From: an uncultured delta proteobacterium
GTDB lineage: Bacteria > Desulfobacterota > Binatia > Binatales > Binataceae
DNA length: 64,000 nt
Direction: 5' to 3'
NCBI GenBank assembly: GCA_963765675.1
Contig: CAVXXK010000006.1
Location: forward strand, 448,001-512,000
Made by a program: the position numbers and the translations under genes. The notes under the pieces are model-generated. The model saw nothing but the letters and a program-made list of their open reading frames with translations. It searched no databases and was not told the DNA's origin. Below, piece after piece: positions 29,661 through 39,587 of this stretch (the first letter of the stretch is position 1; the number at the start of each line of letters is the position of its first letter).

Positions 29661-31145
29661 TCAGCCGTGCGACAGGACGCGTTTCACTGCCTGATGCCAT
29701 CCGTCGATTAGGCGATCGCGCTCGTCGGAGCGCATCCGCGGCTCGAAGATTTTGGCGCCTCGGTGAAACACCTCCAGATCGCTCTGCGACGGCCATAGCC
29801 CCGACGCCATCCCTGCCAGCATCGCGGCGCCGAGCGCGGTGGTCTCGGTCATAGCGGGTCGCCGCACAGGTTTGCCCAGGATGTCGGCCTGAAATTGCAT
29901 CAGATAGGGATTGGCGGCGGCGCCGCCGTCGGCGCGCAGTTCGGACATCGGACGCCCGGTGTCGTTCTCCATCGCAACGATCACGTCGAGCACCTGATAG
30001 GCGATACTGTCGAGCGCGGCGCGCACGATATCGGCGCGGGTGGTGCCGCGAGTGATCCCGACAATCGCCCCGCGCGCTGCGGGGTCCCAATGAGGAGCAC
30101 CCAATCCAACGAAGGCAGGCACCAGGTAGGGTTGCGAACGGTCACGGCTCTTGCGCGCGAGCTGCAGACTCTGGGAAGCCTTGCGGATAAGCCCCAGACC
30201 GTCGCGCAGCCATTGGATCGCCGCGCCGGCGATAAACACCGAGCCCTCGAGCGCATAGGCGGGTGCACCTTCGGGGCCGAGCGCGGCGGTAGTCAGCAGG
30301 CGGCTGTGCGAGGCGACTTGCTCGCGTCCGGTGTTCATCAGCAGGAAGGCACCCGTCCCGTACGTCGCTTTCGAATCGCCGGGGTTCACGGCGCCCTGCC
30401 CGAACAGCGCGGACTGCTGATCCCCGATCACCGCCGCGATCGGCATTGCGCGCGGTCCGATCGTGCCCGCCGCCGCTTCCGCCAAAGGACCGCGCGAACT
30501 CACCGGCGCCGGCAGCATCGCGCGCGGAACCTCGAGCATCGCGAGCATCTCGTCGTCCCAATCCAGCCGGGCGAGGTTAAGGAGCATCGTGCGCGAGGCG
30601 TTGGTGTAGTCGGTAACGAAATCCGCGCCGCGCGAGAGCCGGAAAATCAGCCACGTGTCGATCGTACCGAAGCACAGCTCGCCGCGCTCAGCGCGACTTC
30701 GTAGCTCGGGACGATTATCGAGCAGCCACTTGAGCTTGGTTCCGGAGAAATAGGGGTCGAGCAGCAGGCCCGTGCGCCGGACGACCTCGCTCTCGCGCTC
30801 GCGCATCGCGTCGCAGATCTCGGCGCTGCGGCGGCATTGCCAGACGATCGCGCGCGCGACGGGCTTGGCGCTCTTGCGCTCCCATACCACGAAGGTCTCG
30901 CGCTGATTGGTGATTCCGATTGCTCGGATATCGGCGGCCTTTGCGCGCGCCTTCGCAATCGCCGATTTCGAGAGCGTGAGCGTGGTGCGGTAGATCTCTT
31001 CGGCGTCATGCTCGACCCATCCGGGGTGCGGATAGAACTGCCTAATCTCGCGGTAGGCGCGACCGCGGATTTTGCCGCGCGCATCGATCACGAAGACCGT
31101 CGTGCCGGTGGTTCCCTGGTCGATTGCAAGAATGAGGTCAGCCAT
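29661..31145 (-). CDS. glpK: Glycerol kinase
   Basis: AIDQGTTG, GITNQRET, WQCRR, DPYFSGTK, GDQQSALFGQ, ALEGSVFIAGA, ETTALGAA. Confidence 0.97.
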   Translation of the reverse strand: MADLILAIDQGTTGTTVFVIDARGKIRGRAYREIRQFYPHPGWVEHDAEEIYRTTLTLSKSAIAKARAKAADIRAIGITNQRETFVVWERKSAKPVARAIVWQCRRSAEICDAMRERESEVVRRTGLLLDPYFSGTKLKWLLDNRPELRSRAERGELCFGTIDTWLIFRLSRGADFVTDYTNASRTMLLNLARLDWDDEMLAMLEVPRAMLPAPVSSRGPLAEAAAGTIGPRAMPIAAVIGDQQSALFGQGAVNPGDSKATYGTGAFLLMNTGREQVASHSRLLTTAALGPEGAPAYALEGSVFIAGAAIQWLRDGLGLIRKASQSLQLARKSRDRSQPYLVPAFVGLGAPHWDPAARGAIVGITRGTTRADIVRAALDSIAYQVLDVIVAMENDTGRPMSELRADGGAAANPYLMQFQADILGKPVRRPAMTETTALGAAMLAGMASGLWPSQSDLEVFHRGAKIFEPRMRSDERDRLIDGWHQAVKRVLSHG

Positions 31146-31224
31146 CGCGCGCCCTCGAACGCTGAGCGCCCTTGTACCGCGCGCGAAGCAGCGCGGGCAA
31201 TGGGAGAGCAATACTCAAAGAAGG

Positions 31225-31285
31225 CGGCCACGCAGACACTAAGACACGAAGAAGATCTGTTTGTGCCTTCGTGTCTTCGTGGCCG
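31225..31285. repeat. Palindromic intergenic element built from 8-bp CACNAAGR units
   Basis: CGGCCACGCAGACACTAAGACACGAA ... TTTGTGCCTTCGTGTCTTCGTGGCCG inverted arms; same family at 59297-59413. Confidence 0.8.
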
Positions 31286-31391
31286 ATTGATTTTTTCGGC
31301 AGTGGCATAATGCAACCTGCTTGCGTCGCGGCTAGTCCGGCGACATGATAGGCGCGCTTGGCGGATGGGCCTCTTTCAGGAGCCGATTGGT

Positions 31392-32756
31392 ATGTCTGAA
31401 CTGGTGGAAAAAAAAGAGGACCTGATACGCTATTTCGAGTCGGGATCAAAGCCACAAGAACAGTGGCGGGTGGGCTCCGAATACGAGAAAGTCGCGGTCT
31501 CGGCGCGCGATGGACGCGCCCTGCCCTTCTCCGGCCCGGCCGGCGTCGAGGCGATCCTTAAGCTTCTAGCCGAACGCCACGGCTACGAGCCCGAGGACGA
31601 GCACGGCAGGATTCTCGCGCTCAAGACTCCGCATGCTTCGATTACGATCGAGCCGGGCGGGCAGATCGAGCTATCGGGCGAGCAGTGCGAGACGATCCAC
31701 TGCGCGTACCGGGAATTCTCCGAGCATCACGAGCAGTTGGTCGACGCCGCGCGCGAAGTCGGCGGGGCGATCCTCGGCCTCGGGATGCAGCCCGTGAGCA
31801 AGTTCGACGAAATCGAGCTTCTGCCCAAGGCCCGCTACCACATCATGTATCCGTATATGGCGCGCAAGGGGACGCTCGGCCAGCGGATGATGAAGCAGAC
31901 CGCCGGGGTGCAGTCGAACCTCGATTACAAGAATGAAGCCGACGCGATGCGCAAGCTGCGCGTCAGCATGGGAATCGTGCCGATTCTCTACGCGATCTTC
32001 GCCAACTCTCCCCTGTGCGACGGCGGCCTCAACGGCTACCAGAGCTTTCGCGGCCATATCTGGAGCGACACCGACCGCGATCGCTGCGGAACGCCCGAGT
32101 TCACGATGCGCGAGGATTCATCGTTCGACGACTACGCCGAGTACGCACTCGACGTGCCGATGTATTTTCTGATCCGCAACCACGAATATATCGATCTGAC
32201 CCGCCCTCCCGGCATCACCTTTCGCCGCTATATGAAAGACGGATGGAACGGGCAGCGCGCGAGCCTCGAGGATTGGGCCAATCACCTGACGACGATCTTC
32301 ACCGAGGTGCGGCTCAAGAATTATATCGAGGTCCGCACCGCCGACAGCCAGCCACCCGCCCTGATGCTGGCGCTGCCGGCGCTGCTCAAGGGGATACTGT
32401 ATAGCGACGATTGCCTGGGCGGCGCGTGGGACCTGGTCAAACGATGGAGCTACGGCGAACGGCTGGAACTCACCGCCGAGGCGCAGCGAATTGGGCTCGA
32501 GGCGCGGGCCGGACGCCAGCGCCTTAGCGAGATCGCAAACGAGCTGCTGAAGATCGCGGCCACCGGTCTCGAGCGCGCGCACGCATTGAATAATCGCGGC
32601 GAGGATGAGAGCATCTACCTGCTCCGCACGATGGAGATGGTTCATCAGGGGCTGACCCCGGCGAGCCTGACGATCGCGCAGTGGAAGGGGCAGTGGAACT
32701 ATGACGTGCGGCGGATGGTTGAAGGCACGGCCTACGAAGCGCGGGCGCTGAAGTAA
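31392..32756 (+). CDS. gshA: Glutamate-cysteine ligase (plant/alphaproteobacterial type)
   Basis: WRVGSEYEK, ITIEPGGQIELSG, PKARY, FANSP, DVPMYF, HLTTIFTEVRLKNYIEVRTAD. Confidence 0.92.
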   Translation: MSELVEKKEDLIRYFESGSKPQEQWRVGSEYEKVAVSARDGRALPFSGPAGVEAILKLLAERHGYEPEDEHGRILALKTPHASITIEPGGQIELSGEQCETIHCAYREFSEHHEQLVDAAREVGGAILGLGMQPVSKFDEIELLPKARYHIMYPYMARKGTLGQRMMKQTAGVQSNLDYKNEADAMRKLRVSMGIVPILYAIFANSPLCDGGLNGYQSFRGHIWSDTDRDRCGTPEFTMREDSSFDDYAEYALDVPMYFLIRNHEYIDLTRPPGITFRRYMKDGWNGQRASLEDWANHLTTIFTEVRLKNYIEVRTADSQPPALMLALPALLKGILYSDDCLGGAWDLVKRWSYGERLELTAEAQRIGLEARAGRQRLSEIANELLKIAATGLERAHALNNRGEDESIYLLRTMEMVHQGLTPASLTIAQWKGQWNYDVRRMVEGTAYEARALK

Positions 32757-33670
32757 TGGAATTCAGGCTCAACCAGCGGCATCTGGTCGCGATCAATTTT
32801 CTTTTGATTGCGGCAATCGCGTTTTTTGCCGCGCGCGCGGTCAACCAATTTATCGCACAGAGCATGGTGACGAATCCCATGGCCGCAACAGTCGGCGTCG
32901 GACATCATGATAACCTCGTCCACGGACGCGACTTCTATGACAGTATCGTCAAGCGCGACGTGTTCAACCTGGTTCCACAGGCGGCTCCGGCCGAACCGGC
33001 GCTGACCGCGATCGATCTGCACCTGAAGCTGCTCGGCACCTCGACCGCGGAGAAGCAGGGGCCGTTCGCGATCGTCGAGGATCAGCAAGGCGACCAGTCG
33101 CTGTATCACCTCGACGACGATATTCCCGACGCGGGCCGCCTAATCTCGATCGAAAAGAACCGCGCGATTATCGAGCACGGCACCCAGCACGTCGCGATCG
33201 AAATTCCCAAAGACGATTTGCCCGACGGGGTCCAGGCGCCGGTCCGTCCCGCACAGCGGCCCAGCTTCCGGCCGTTGGCCACGTTGCGCGGACTCAGGGG
33301 CGCCAAGTCCGACTCGCCGATGCCGGATATCGATGTCGACGACGAAGGCGACAACAAGTACGGCCTCAAGCGCGCCGACGTTCGGATCGCGCTGGCTCAT
33401 TCCGGCGAGCTCGCCAGCCAGATCAAGGCGACTCCCAACATGGATGGCAACACGCAAAACGGCTACTCGCTTACCGACATCGAATCCGGCTCGTTGTTCG
33501 ATGACCTGGGGCTCGAGGATGGCGACGTGCTGACGGAAATCAACGGCCGTCCGGTAAACAACCCTGCGGCCGCGGCGGGGATGCTGGCGACGCTGCAGAT
33601 GCGGCCGTCGATCGACATCACAGTCCAGCGCGACGGCCATCCGGTTCAACTTCACTACGACATTCACTGA
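32756..33670 (+). CDS. gspC: Type II secretion protein C-like (TM, HR domain, PDZ)
   Basis: N-terminal TM; LKLLGT...FAIVED...Y; C-terminal PDZ (GSLFDDLGLEDGDVLTEING...VQRDG). Confidence 0.8.
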   Translation: MEFRLNQRHLVAINFLLIAAIAFFAARAVNQFIAQSMVTNPMAATVGVGHHDNLVHGRDFYDSIVKRDVFNLVPQAAPAEPALTAIDLHLKLLGTSTAEKQGPFAIVEDQQGDQSLYHLDDDIPDAGRLISIEKNRAIIEHGTQHVAIEIPKDDLPDGVQAPVRPAQRPSFRPLATLRGLRGAKSDSPMPDIDVDDEGDNKYGLKRADVRIALAHSGELASQIKATPNMDGNTQNGYSLTDIESGSLFDDLGLEDGDVLTEINGRPVNNPAAAAGMLATLQMRPSIDITVQRDGHPVQLHYDIH

Positions 33671-33672
33671 GC

Positions 33673-34749
33673 ATGGAAGTACGCGCGGCACTGGCAAGCG
33701 AGCGCGACGAGGTGCTCGATCTCCTGTCGCTCTGGTACAGCGATCGCGTTTTTTTCGAGCGCTATAACCGCAACGATCCGAAATTTCGCGACTCGTTATG
33801 CCTGGTCGCGCGCGAAGGCGGCGCGCTGGTCTCGACCGTTCAGATTTTCGACCGGAAGATCAACCTCGACGGCGCGGCAGTGCCGATGGGCGGAATCGGC
33901 AGCGTCTTCACCCGCGCGGACTATCGGCACAAACGTATCGCCTCGGCGCTGATGCGCCTGGCGATCCAGACGCTCGAGCGCGAGGGCTTCGAGGTTTCAC
34001 TGCTCTTCGCCGAGAGGCTGACGTTCTATAATCAGTTCGGATGGCGCGAAATCGGGCGCAAGTTCGGGGTTCTGGCCGACACGGCGCGGCTCAGACCCCG
34101 GACCGACATAGAGATCGATGTTTTCGATCTCGAGCGCGATCTGCCCGAGGTCGCCGCAATTCATAAGGCATACACGGGCCAGTTCAACGTCACCGTAATC
34201 CGCGACCAGAGCGATTGGCGCGCCAACTATTCGTTCGCCGGCAACCAGCCGATGCATCCGGGCGAAGGCTCGGAGGAATATTTCGTCCTGGCTCGCAGCG
34301 CGGGAACAATCAAGGCATACGCCCGCGCGATTCGGCTTTACGGCGTCACGATGGTGATGGAGTACGGCTACCTGCCCGGCGATGCCGGGTCGGAAAACGC
34401 GCTGTTCGCGTTGCTGCGTCATCTGGCGGAAACCGCACAGGGGCTGACGCCCTCGCAGCGCATGATTGGAGACCATCGCCGGGCCGCGCGCCTGCGCGGA
34501 GGATCGGGAGCGACCGCGCCGACCGGAGCGATCGTCACGCATACCGCGCATGACAAGACGCTCGAGGATCATCTCGCCGCGGCGGGCGCGCCGATCATGC
34601 ATCACAATGACGACAACTACATGTGGCGGATAATCGCGCCTGACAAGCTCGGCACGCGGCTGGGAATCTCGCCCGAAGCGGCAACCTCGCGCGCATTCGC
34701 GCTCTTCGCCGACGACCACTCGTTGTTCTGGACCGCGGATCGCTTCTGA
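33673..34749 (+). CDS. GNAT acetyltransferase (Eis-like)
   Basis: PMGGIGSVFTRADYRHKRIASALM...SLLFA...FYNQFGW. Confidence 0.85.
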   Translation: MEVRAALASERDEVLDLLSLWYSDRVFFERYNRNDPKFRDSLCLVAREGGALVSTVQIFDRKINLDGAAVPMGGIGSVFTRADYRHKRIASALMRLAIQTLEREGFEVSLLFAERLTFYNQFGWREIGRKFGVLADTARLRPRTDIEIDVFDLERDLPEVAAIHKAYTGQFNVTVIRDQSDWRANYSFAGNQPMHPGEGSEEYFVLARSAGTIKAYARAIRLYGVTMVMEYGYLPGDAGSENALFALLRHLAETAQGLTPSQRMIGDHRRAARLRGGSGATAPTGAIVTHTAHDKTLEDHLAAAGAPIMHHNDDNYMWRIIAPDKLGTRLGISPEAATSRAFALFADDHSLFWTADRF

Positions 34750-34866
34750 ATCGACGGCATCGCGCGCGCCACCGTTGTCATTCCCGTGCGGGAGACACGT
34801 GGAGTCTTGCTCATCGGCGTGCGAAAGCGGATCGTGTTCGCGGACGCTGCGCGCGGAGGTGGTGGA

Positions 34867-36099
34867 ATGAGGAACGCTGGGTGGCTGCGCCGTTTGGCGC
34901 TTGACGGCGCATTTTTTTACCGATTCGCAATTTCTCTTGGCGTGATTCTGGCCGCGGTAACTCTCGCGCCCAATCTTGCGCATGCCGCGCATCGCCGCAA
35001 CGCTAAATACTCATCCGCGCCCGCCGCCGCCGCGACCCCGGAGCCGTATGCCGAGGCCTGCGTGATGGAGCCCACGACCGGCACCGTCATATTCGAGAAA
35101 AATGATCATCAGCCGTGGCCGACCGCGTCGCTGGCGAAGATGATGCTGATGCTGATCGTCGCGGAAAAGCTTCACGACGGCAGCCTCAAGCCGACCGACC
35201 AGATCACCACTTCGACTAAGGCCGCGAAGATGGGTGGATCGCAGGTCTATCTGAAAGAAGGCGAGACGTTCTCGCTCGACGACATGATGAAGGCCGTGGT
35301 GGTGCACTCGGCCAACGACGCTTCGGTCGCGGTGGCGGAATACGTGGCCGGCTCGACCGACGCGTTCGTGCAGATGATGAACGCGCAGGCGGTCAAGCTC
35401 GGAATGAAAGACAGCCACTACTATTCCGTGCACGGATTGCCGCCCGGCCGCGGCGAGCAGGCCGACGTCGCCAGCGCCTATGACCAGGCGCTGCTCGCGC
35501 GCGCGCTGCTGAAATATCCGGACGTGCTGCGCTGGTCGTCGATCGACACGGCGCCGTTTCGCGGCGGAACCTTCGTGCTGCGCAACACCAATCATCTCGT
35601 GCGCACCTTTCCGGGATGCGACGGGCTCAAGACCGGCTTCTACGACAAGGCCGGGTTCAATGTCGTCGCGACGGCGAAGCGCGGAAACCTGCGGCTGATC
35701 GCCGTGGTGCTCGGCACGCCGCACAAGCTCACCAATTTCAAGGAAGCCGCCGAAATGATGGCGACCGGATTTGCGCAGTACGAGATGCATCCGGTGGCGA
35801 GCAAAGGCTCGGCCGCCCCTGGAGCGATCACGGTGACCGGAGGCTCGGTCGCCAGCATCAAGCCGATCTTCGCCGGCGACGCCGCCGTGTTCACCCGCCG
35901 CGACGAAGCCGCGAAGGCGGTCGAGCTCGACTACAACGTCCCGCCCGAAGTCGCGGCGCCCTTGAAGGCTGGTCAACAGATCGGCACCGCGCAGGTGATG
36001 CAGGACGGCAAAGCGATCGACACGATCGCGCTGGTGGCTCCGGTCGACGTGCCAAAAAAGAGCGGTGGTGTCGTGGGCAGGATTCTGGGCAAATTGTAG
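34867..36099 (+). CDS. dacA: D-alanyl-D-alanine carboxypeptidase (peptidase S11)
   Basis: SxxK (ASLAK), SxN (HSAND) and KTG (GLKTGFY); start uncertain. Confidence 0.92.
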   Translation: MRNAGWLRRLALDGAFFYRFAISLGVILAAVTLAPNLAHAAHRRNAKYSSAPAAAATPEPYAEACVMEPTTGTVIFEKNDHQPWPTASLAKMMLMLIVAEKLHDGSLKPTDQITTSTKAAKMGGSQVYLKEGETFSLDDMMKAVVVHSANDASVAVAEYVAGSTDAFVQMMNAQAVKLGMKDSHYYSVHGLPPGRGEQADVASAYDQALLARALLKYPDVLRWSSIDTAPFRGGTFVLRNTNHLVRTFPGCDGLKTGFYDKAGFNVVATAKRGNLRLIAVVLGTPHKLTNFKEAAEMMATGFAQYEMHPVASKGSAAPGAITVTGGSVASIKPIFAGDAAVFTRRDEAAKAVELDYNVPPEVAAPLKAGQQIGTAQVMQDGKAIDTIALVAPVDVPKKSGGVVGRILGKL

Positions 36100-36152
36100 A
36101 GTCCGGCGCCGCGCTCTTAATCCCGATCGGGCGGATGCCAGGCGAGCAATCG

Positions 36153-37079
36153 ATGTTGACCCGCCGCAATCTGATAATCGCCGCAGTAGCGATCCTGGTG
36201 CTGTGGTCGGGCGCGATTTTGGCGCTGCACTTCGGACAGATCCATCACGACCGTCTGCCCTACGACCTGAACGCGGAATACCCGCCCGGCAAGCCCTTCA
36301 AACCGGGTGAGGTTTACGCCTCGATGCTGGCAGCGATCGTCGACCACGAGTTACACTCGGGCTTCGGATGGCGTCCCAACGATCTTTTCTTTTGGGGACC
36401 GCATCTGATGGCCGACAACAATTCGAATCGCCAGCTCGGAATCATCATGGCGGTGCGCGAGACCAGCCGCGTGTTCAAAGACAGCCTGACAAAAGTCTCT
36501 TCAAATCAGTTCGACAACAACCTGGTCATCGCCGACACCGATTTCCGCAACGACGCGACCCGTTGGGCCCTCCCCTCGCCCGAACGCAAGTATGAAGACG
36601 GCGTCAAACATCTGCGGATGTACGTAGCCGGCCTGCGTGCGACTCGCGAGACCTCGCGCGAGCTCAATCAACGCGCGGTCGAGCTGGTGCGTCTGTTCCA
36701 GATTTGGACCGACCTGCTGGGCGACGCGCACTCGATGCTTTATCGCACGACTCAGGACGACGGCAGTCCTGTCCACACCTGGGATTGCGACGATTATTTC
36801 TATCATGCGCAGGGCTACGCACATGTGATGTTCTACATGATGCAGGCGCTGCAGCGGGAATACGCCACGACGCTGGCGGACGATCCGGTCCTGAAGACGT
36901 TATTCGACGACACGATCAAGGCGCTCGGCCAGGCCGCGATGATGAAGCCGATCGTGATCCTGAACGGCTCGCCCGACGGCATCTTCGCCAATCATCGCCG
37001 CAACCTCGACGGCTACATCAGCGAGGCGCGGCAGAAGATGTATTCGATTCGCGAGGAGCTGGAACGCTCGCCGCTCTAG
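36153..37079 (+). CDS. DUF2333-family membrane-anchored protein
   Basis: GWRPNDL, DNNSNRQLG, WALPSPERKY, DDYFYHAQG, LNGSPDGIFANH. Confidence 0.75.
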   Translation: MLTRRNLIIAAVAILVLWSGAILALHFGQIHHDRLPYDLNAEYPPGKPFKPGEVYASMLAAIVDHELHSGFGWRPNDLFFWGPHLMADNNSNRQLGIIMAVRETSRVFKDSLTKVSSNQFDNNLVIADTDFRNDATRWALPSPERKYEDGVKHLRMYVAGLRATRETSRELNQRAVELVRLFQIWTDLLGDAHSMLYRTTQDDGSPVHTWDCDDYFYHAQGYAHVMFYMMQALQREYATTLADDPVLKTLFDDTIKALGQAAMMKPIVILNGSPDGIFANHRRNLDGYISEARQKMYSIREELERSPL

Positions 37080-37084
37080 CGCAA

Positions 37085-37903
37085 TCACATCGTTCCGATG
37101 AGTAGGCCCGTGTCCTTGGTCATCTTGATTGCGCCGTGCGCGGCGATCTCCGCTTCGAGATATTCGCGCAGCGCGCCCTTCTGCTCCGGCGTTCCCCTAC
37201 CTGACATCGAGGACATCGACTCGAGGTATGCCATCACCGGCGCGGCACTAGTAACGACTAGCGAATCGGGATAGCGCTCGATCGTGGCGTGCTTGAACGC
37301 CCTGCCGAAATACTCGTAGCCATTGTCGAGGCCAAAACGCCGCGGCGCACGTCCGGTGGTCGCACCGGGGATGAAGCGGCCAACCATCTCGTCGAACTCG
37401 CGCATGTTCTCGGTGCTCATCGTGGCGGCATAGACCGACGCCCCCGGACGGAGCACGCGGCGGAACTCGCGCAGCGCACGTGCGATATCGGGCACATGAT
37501 AGAGCATGAAGTTCGCGATCACGGCGTCAAAGGACCGATCCGGAAACGGCAGCTCCTGCGCGTCGGCGGAGATCGCGTCGAAGCGATGCGCAATCCCGCG
37601 CAGGTTCGCGAGTCCGTCGCGCAGAATCCCCTCGGAATAATCGGCCAGCGTGATTTGCCATCCGGGCGGAATGCGATCGCCATTGCTCTTCCACAGCTGC
37701 GCGGTGCCGGTCCCCAACTCGAGCACTCGCGCGCTCGCGGGAATCTGGTAGCGGTCGAACACCCAGCGGAAAATTCCGTACTTGTTGGTGCTGTAGAGAC
37801 TGTGCAGGCGCATCCGCGCGCCGAGGTTCGACCCGTCCTTGTACTGCTCGCGCAGCGTGGAAGACCAATTGCGGCTTTCAGATGTGGGCACGATCCTGAT
37901 CAT
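37085..37903 (-). CDS. Class I SAM-dependent methyltransferase
   Basis: VLELGTGTA, DAQELPFPDRSFDAVIANFMLYHVPD, RVLRPG. Confidence 0.9.
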   Translation of the reverse strand: MIRIVPTSESRNWSSTLREQYKDGSNLGARMRLHSLYSTNKYGIFRWVFDRYQIPASARVLELGTGTAQLWKSNGDRIPPGWQITLADYSEGILRDGLANLRGIAHRFDAISADAQELPFPDRSFDAVIANFMLYHVPDIARALREFRRVLRPGASVYAATMSTENMREFDEMVGRFIPGATTGRAPRRFGLDNGYEYFGRAFKHATIERYPDSLVVTSAAPVMAYLESMSSMSGRGTPEQKGALREYLEAEIAAHGAIKMTKDTGLLIGTM

Positions 37904-37997
37904 CCGTGCGCGGCGCGTCCGGTCAATGCTTCGGAACGGGGCGGCTCGCTTGTCCGCACGGCAGCGCTCGTATATTGATGGTGGTCCACGACCCTTC

Positions 37998-38072
37998 GCC
38001 CCGGTAGTGAAAAGGACATCACGAAGGTCTCCGGAACCTTAAGTCCGGGTTCGACTCCCGGCCGGGGCACCA
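37998..38072 (+). tRNA. tRNA-Arg(CCG)
   Basis: Acceptor GCCCCGG/CCGGGGC, D arm GTGA/TCAC, anticodon arm AAGGT-CTCCGGA-ACCTT, T loop TTCGACT, encoded CCA. Confidence 0.93.
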
Positions 38073-38210
38073 TCCTTCCCGTATGCACCTGGGATTTCGA
38101 CGTTTTCTTGCACCGGACGAAACCGGTCAGAAAAACTTGTCGGAGATTTGTGGCAAAGTGTGGAACGATTCCGATATGACTATCGACTCTTCGGATTGCG
38201 GGCGCGCGCT

Positions 38211-38675
38211 TTATTGAGCCGCCCGCAGGCGTGACTTTCGATCCTGTATCCTAGTGGGTTTTCGGCCTCGCACGGAATGCAGCGTTGTACTCTTTAGAGT
38301 CAGTGTACCCGGTATGTGTTTCTTGCCCCATCGGCCAAGCGCGAGGACAACGTCATTCAGGGCTATGCCGTCTTCCGTTAGCTGATAGGCGTAGCGCACG
38401 GGACGGTCCTGATACGCAGACTTGGCAATGAGGCGCACCTCTTCCAATCTTTTCAGGCGGTCGGCAAGAATGTTGGTTGGAATGCCTTCGGGCGAATTCT
38501 GCAGCTCTCCGTACGTCACATTGCCACGGAGCAAATCTCGAACCACAAGCAACGACCACTTGTCGCCAACCAGGTCGAGCGTGCATGCGACAGCGCAAGG
38601 CGAGCGCGGAAAACCGCGCGCTTGGGTTTTCGGTGTTATCGTTTTGGACTTCCCTCTTGAGTAAGTGACTTGCAT
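38211..38675 (-). CDS. HxlR-family winged-helix regulator
   Basis: RSPCAVACTLDLVGDKWSLLVVRDLL...GIPTNILADRLKRLE...YQLTEDG; start uncertain. Confidence 0.9.
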   Translation of the reverse strand: MQVTYSRGKSKTITPKTQARGFPRSPCAVACTLDLVGDKWSLLVVRDLLRGNVTYGELQNSPEGIPTNILADRLKRLEEVRLIAKSAYQDRPVRYAYQLTEDGIALNDVVLALGRWGKKHIPGTLTLKSTTLHSVRGRKPTRIQDRKSRLRAAQ

Positions 38676-38726
38676 AATGAAAGTTAGTCTGCTACCTCTC
38701 CATCTAACTTACAAAATGCAAGTGAC
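38665..38726. promoter_or_regulatory. Paired operator-like sites between HxlR and MAPEG
   Basis: GTGACTTGCATAATGAAAGTTAG and CTAACTTACAAAATGCAAGTGAC are near inverted copies, each with an ACTT...AAGT dyad. Confidence 0.65.
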
Positions 38727-38960
38727 TATGAAAAGAAGCCGAAGTCATCCTGGATACCCCCGTCGTATCGCGCGTCGATCAGCCCAAAGTTCCAGCGGTT
38801 TCCGGTACAGTCCTCTTTTCGGCTTGGTTGGCGCTCACCCTTGTCCTTGGCGGGCGCGGTGTGTTCGTCGCGCCACGGGGGCGCCACCGCGCGCGACCTC
38901 TTCCCGCGAACGATCCGACGACGTCACAATCGCTTTGCGCGGCTCTGGTAGGAGATAGCC

Positions 38961-39353
38961 ATGACTACCGACCTATGGATGCTGGTCTGGACAACGCTCC
39001 TCGCTTTGGGACTACCCTTCATATATCTGGCAGGCCTAACACAGGCTCCAGGAGGTGCCGCGTGGGGCCTTGGCAACCGCGCCGAGCCACTTGAGGGCAT
39101 CCCTGAGTGGGCCGCGCGGGCGCAGCGGGCGCATCTCAACCTACTCCAAAACCTCGCGCCTTTTGCCATCCTGGTGCTCGTTGCACAAGTTTCCGGCAAG
39201 GCGAACGCGACAACGGCCCTCGGGGCTACGATTTTCTTCTGCGCCCGCGTGGCGCATGCAGCGGTCTACATCGCGGGGATCAAGTACCTTCGGACGCTCG
39301 TCTTCGCCGTCGCAACGTTCGGCGCCGTGCTCATTCTGACCCAAATCTTCTGA
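38961..39353 (+). CDS. MAPEG-family membrane protein
   Basis: AGGAG RBS; WGLGNR...WAARAQRAHLNLLQNLAPFA...ARVAHAAVYIAGIKYLRT. Confidence 0.88.
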   Translation: MTTDLWMLVWTTLLALGLPFIYLAGLTQAPGGAAWGLGNRAEPLEGIPEWAARAQRAHLNLLQNLAPFAILVLVAQVSGKANATTALGATIFFCARVAHAAVYIAGIKYLRTLVFAVATFGAVLILTQIF

Positions 39354-39587
39354 TGCCTCTTTCGAGGCACGCCGCTGATGTCGCCCCTGGCGTCCGACTT
39401 GCCGGACTTGCGCGCTATCAGAACCCCACGCGCTGCGCAGCCGGTCGCCCAACGGCGGCCACCAAAGCCGCATCGAGCGATGTCCAGATCCATCCAAAGC
39501 ACATTCGACAAGCGTTACACCCGGCTCGACGACCACAATATCCCCAGTCGGCAACGCGATTCGCGACGCACGGGACAGACGCAAGCC

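Noticed and set aside
35616-37079. 487-aa ORF, and similar over-extended calls (25720-26439, 61855-63132, 47746-49146)
   Set aside because: The upstream extensions overlap neighbouring genes out of frame or are non-coding; the starts were trimmed.
38728-38958. Arg-rich ORF between the operator and MAPEG
   Set aside because: No recognisable motif, atypical composition; probably leader or decayed sequence.
39400-39587. GDIVVVEPGV-like peptide on the - strand suggesting a gene remnant
   Set aside because: Too short and ambiguous to assign.
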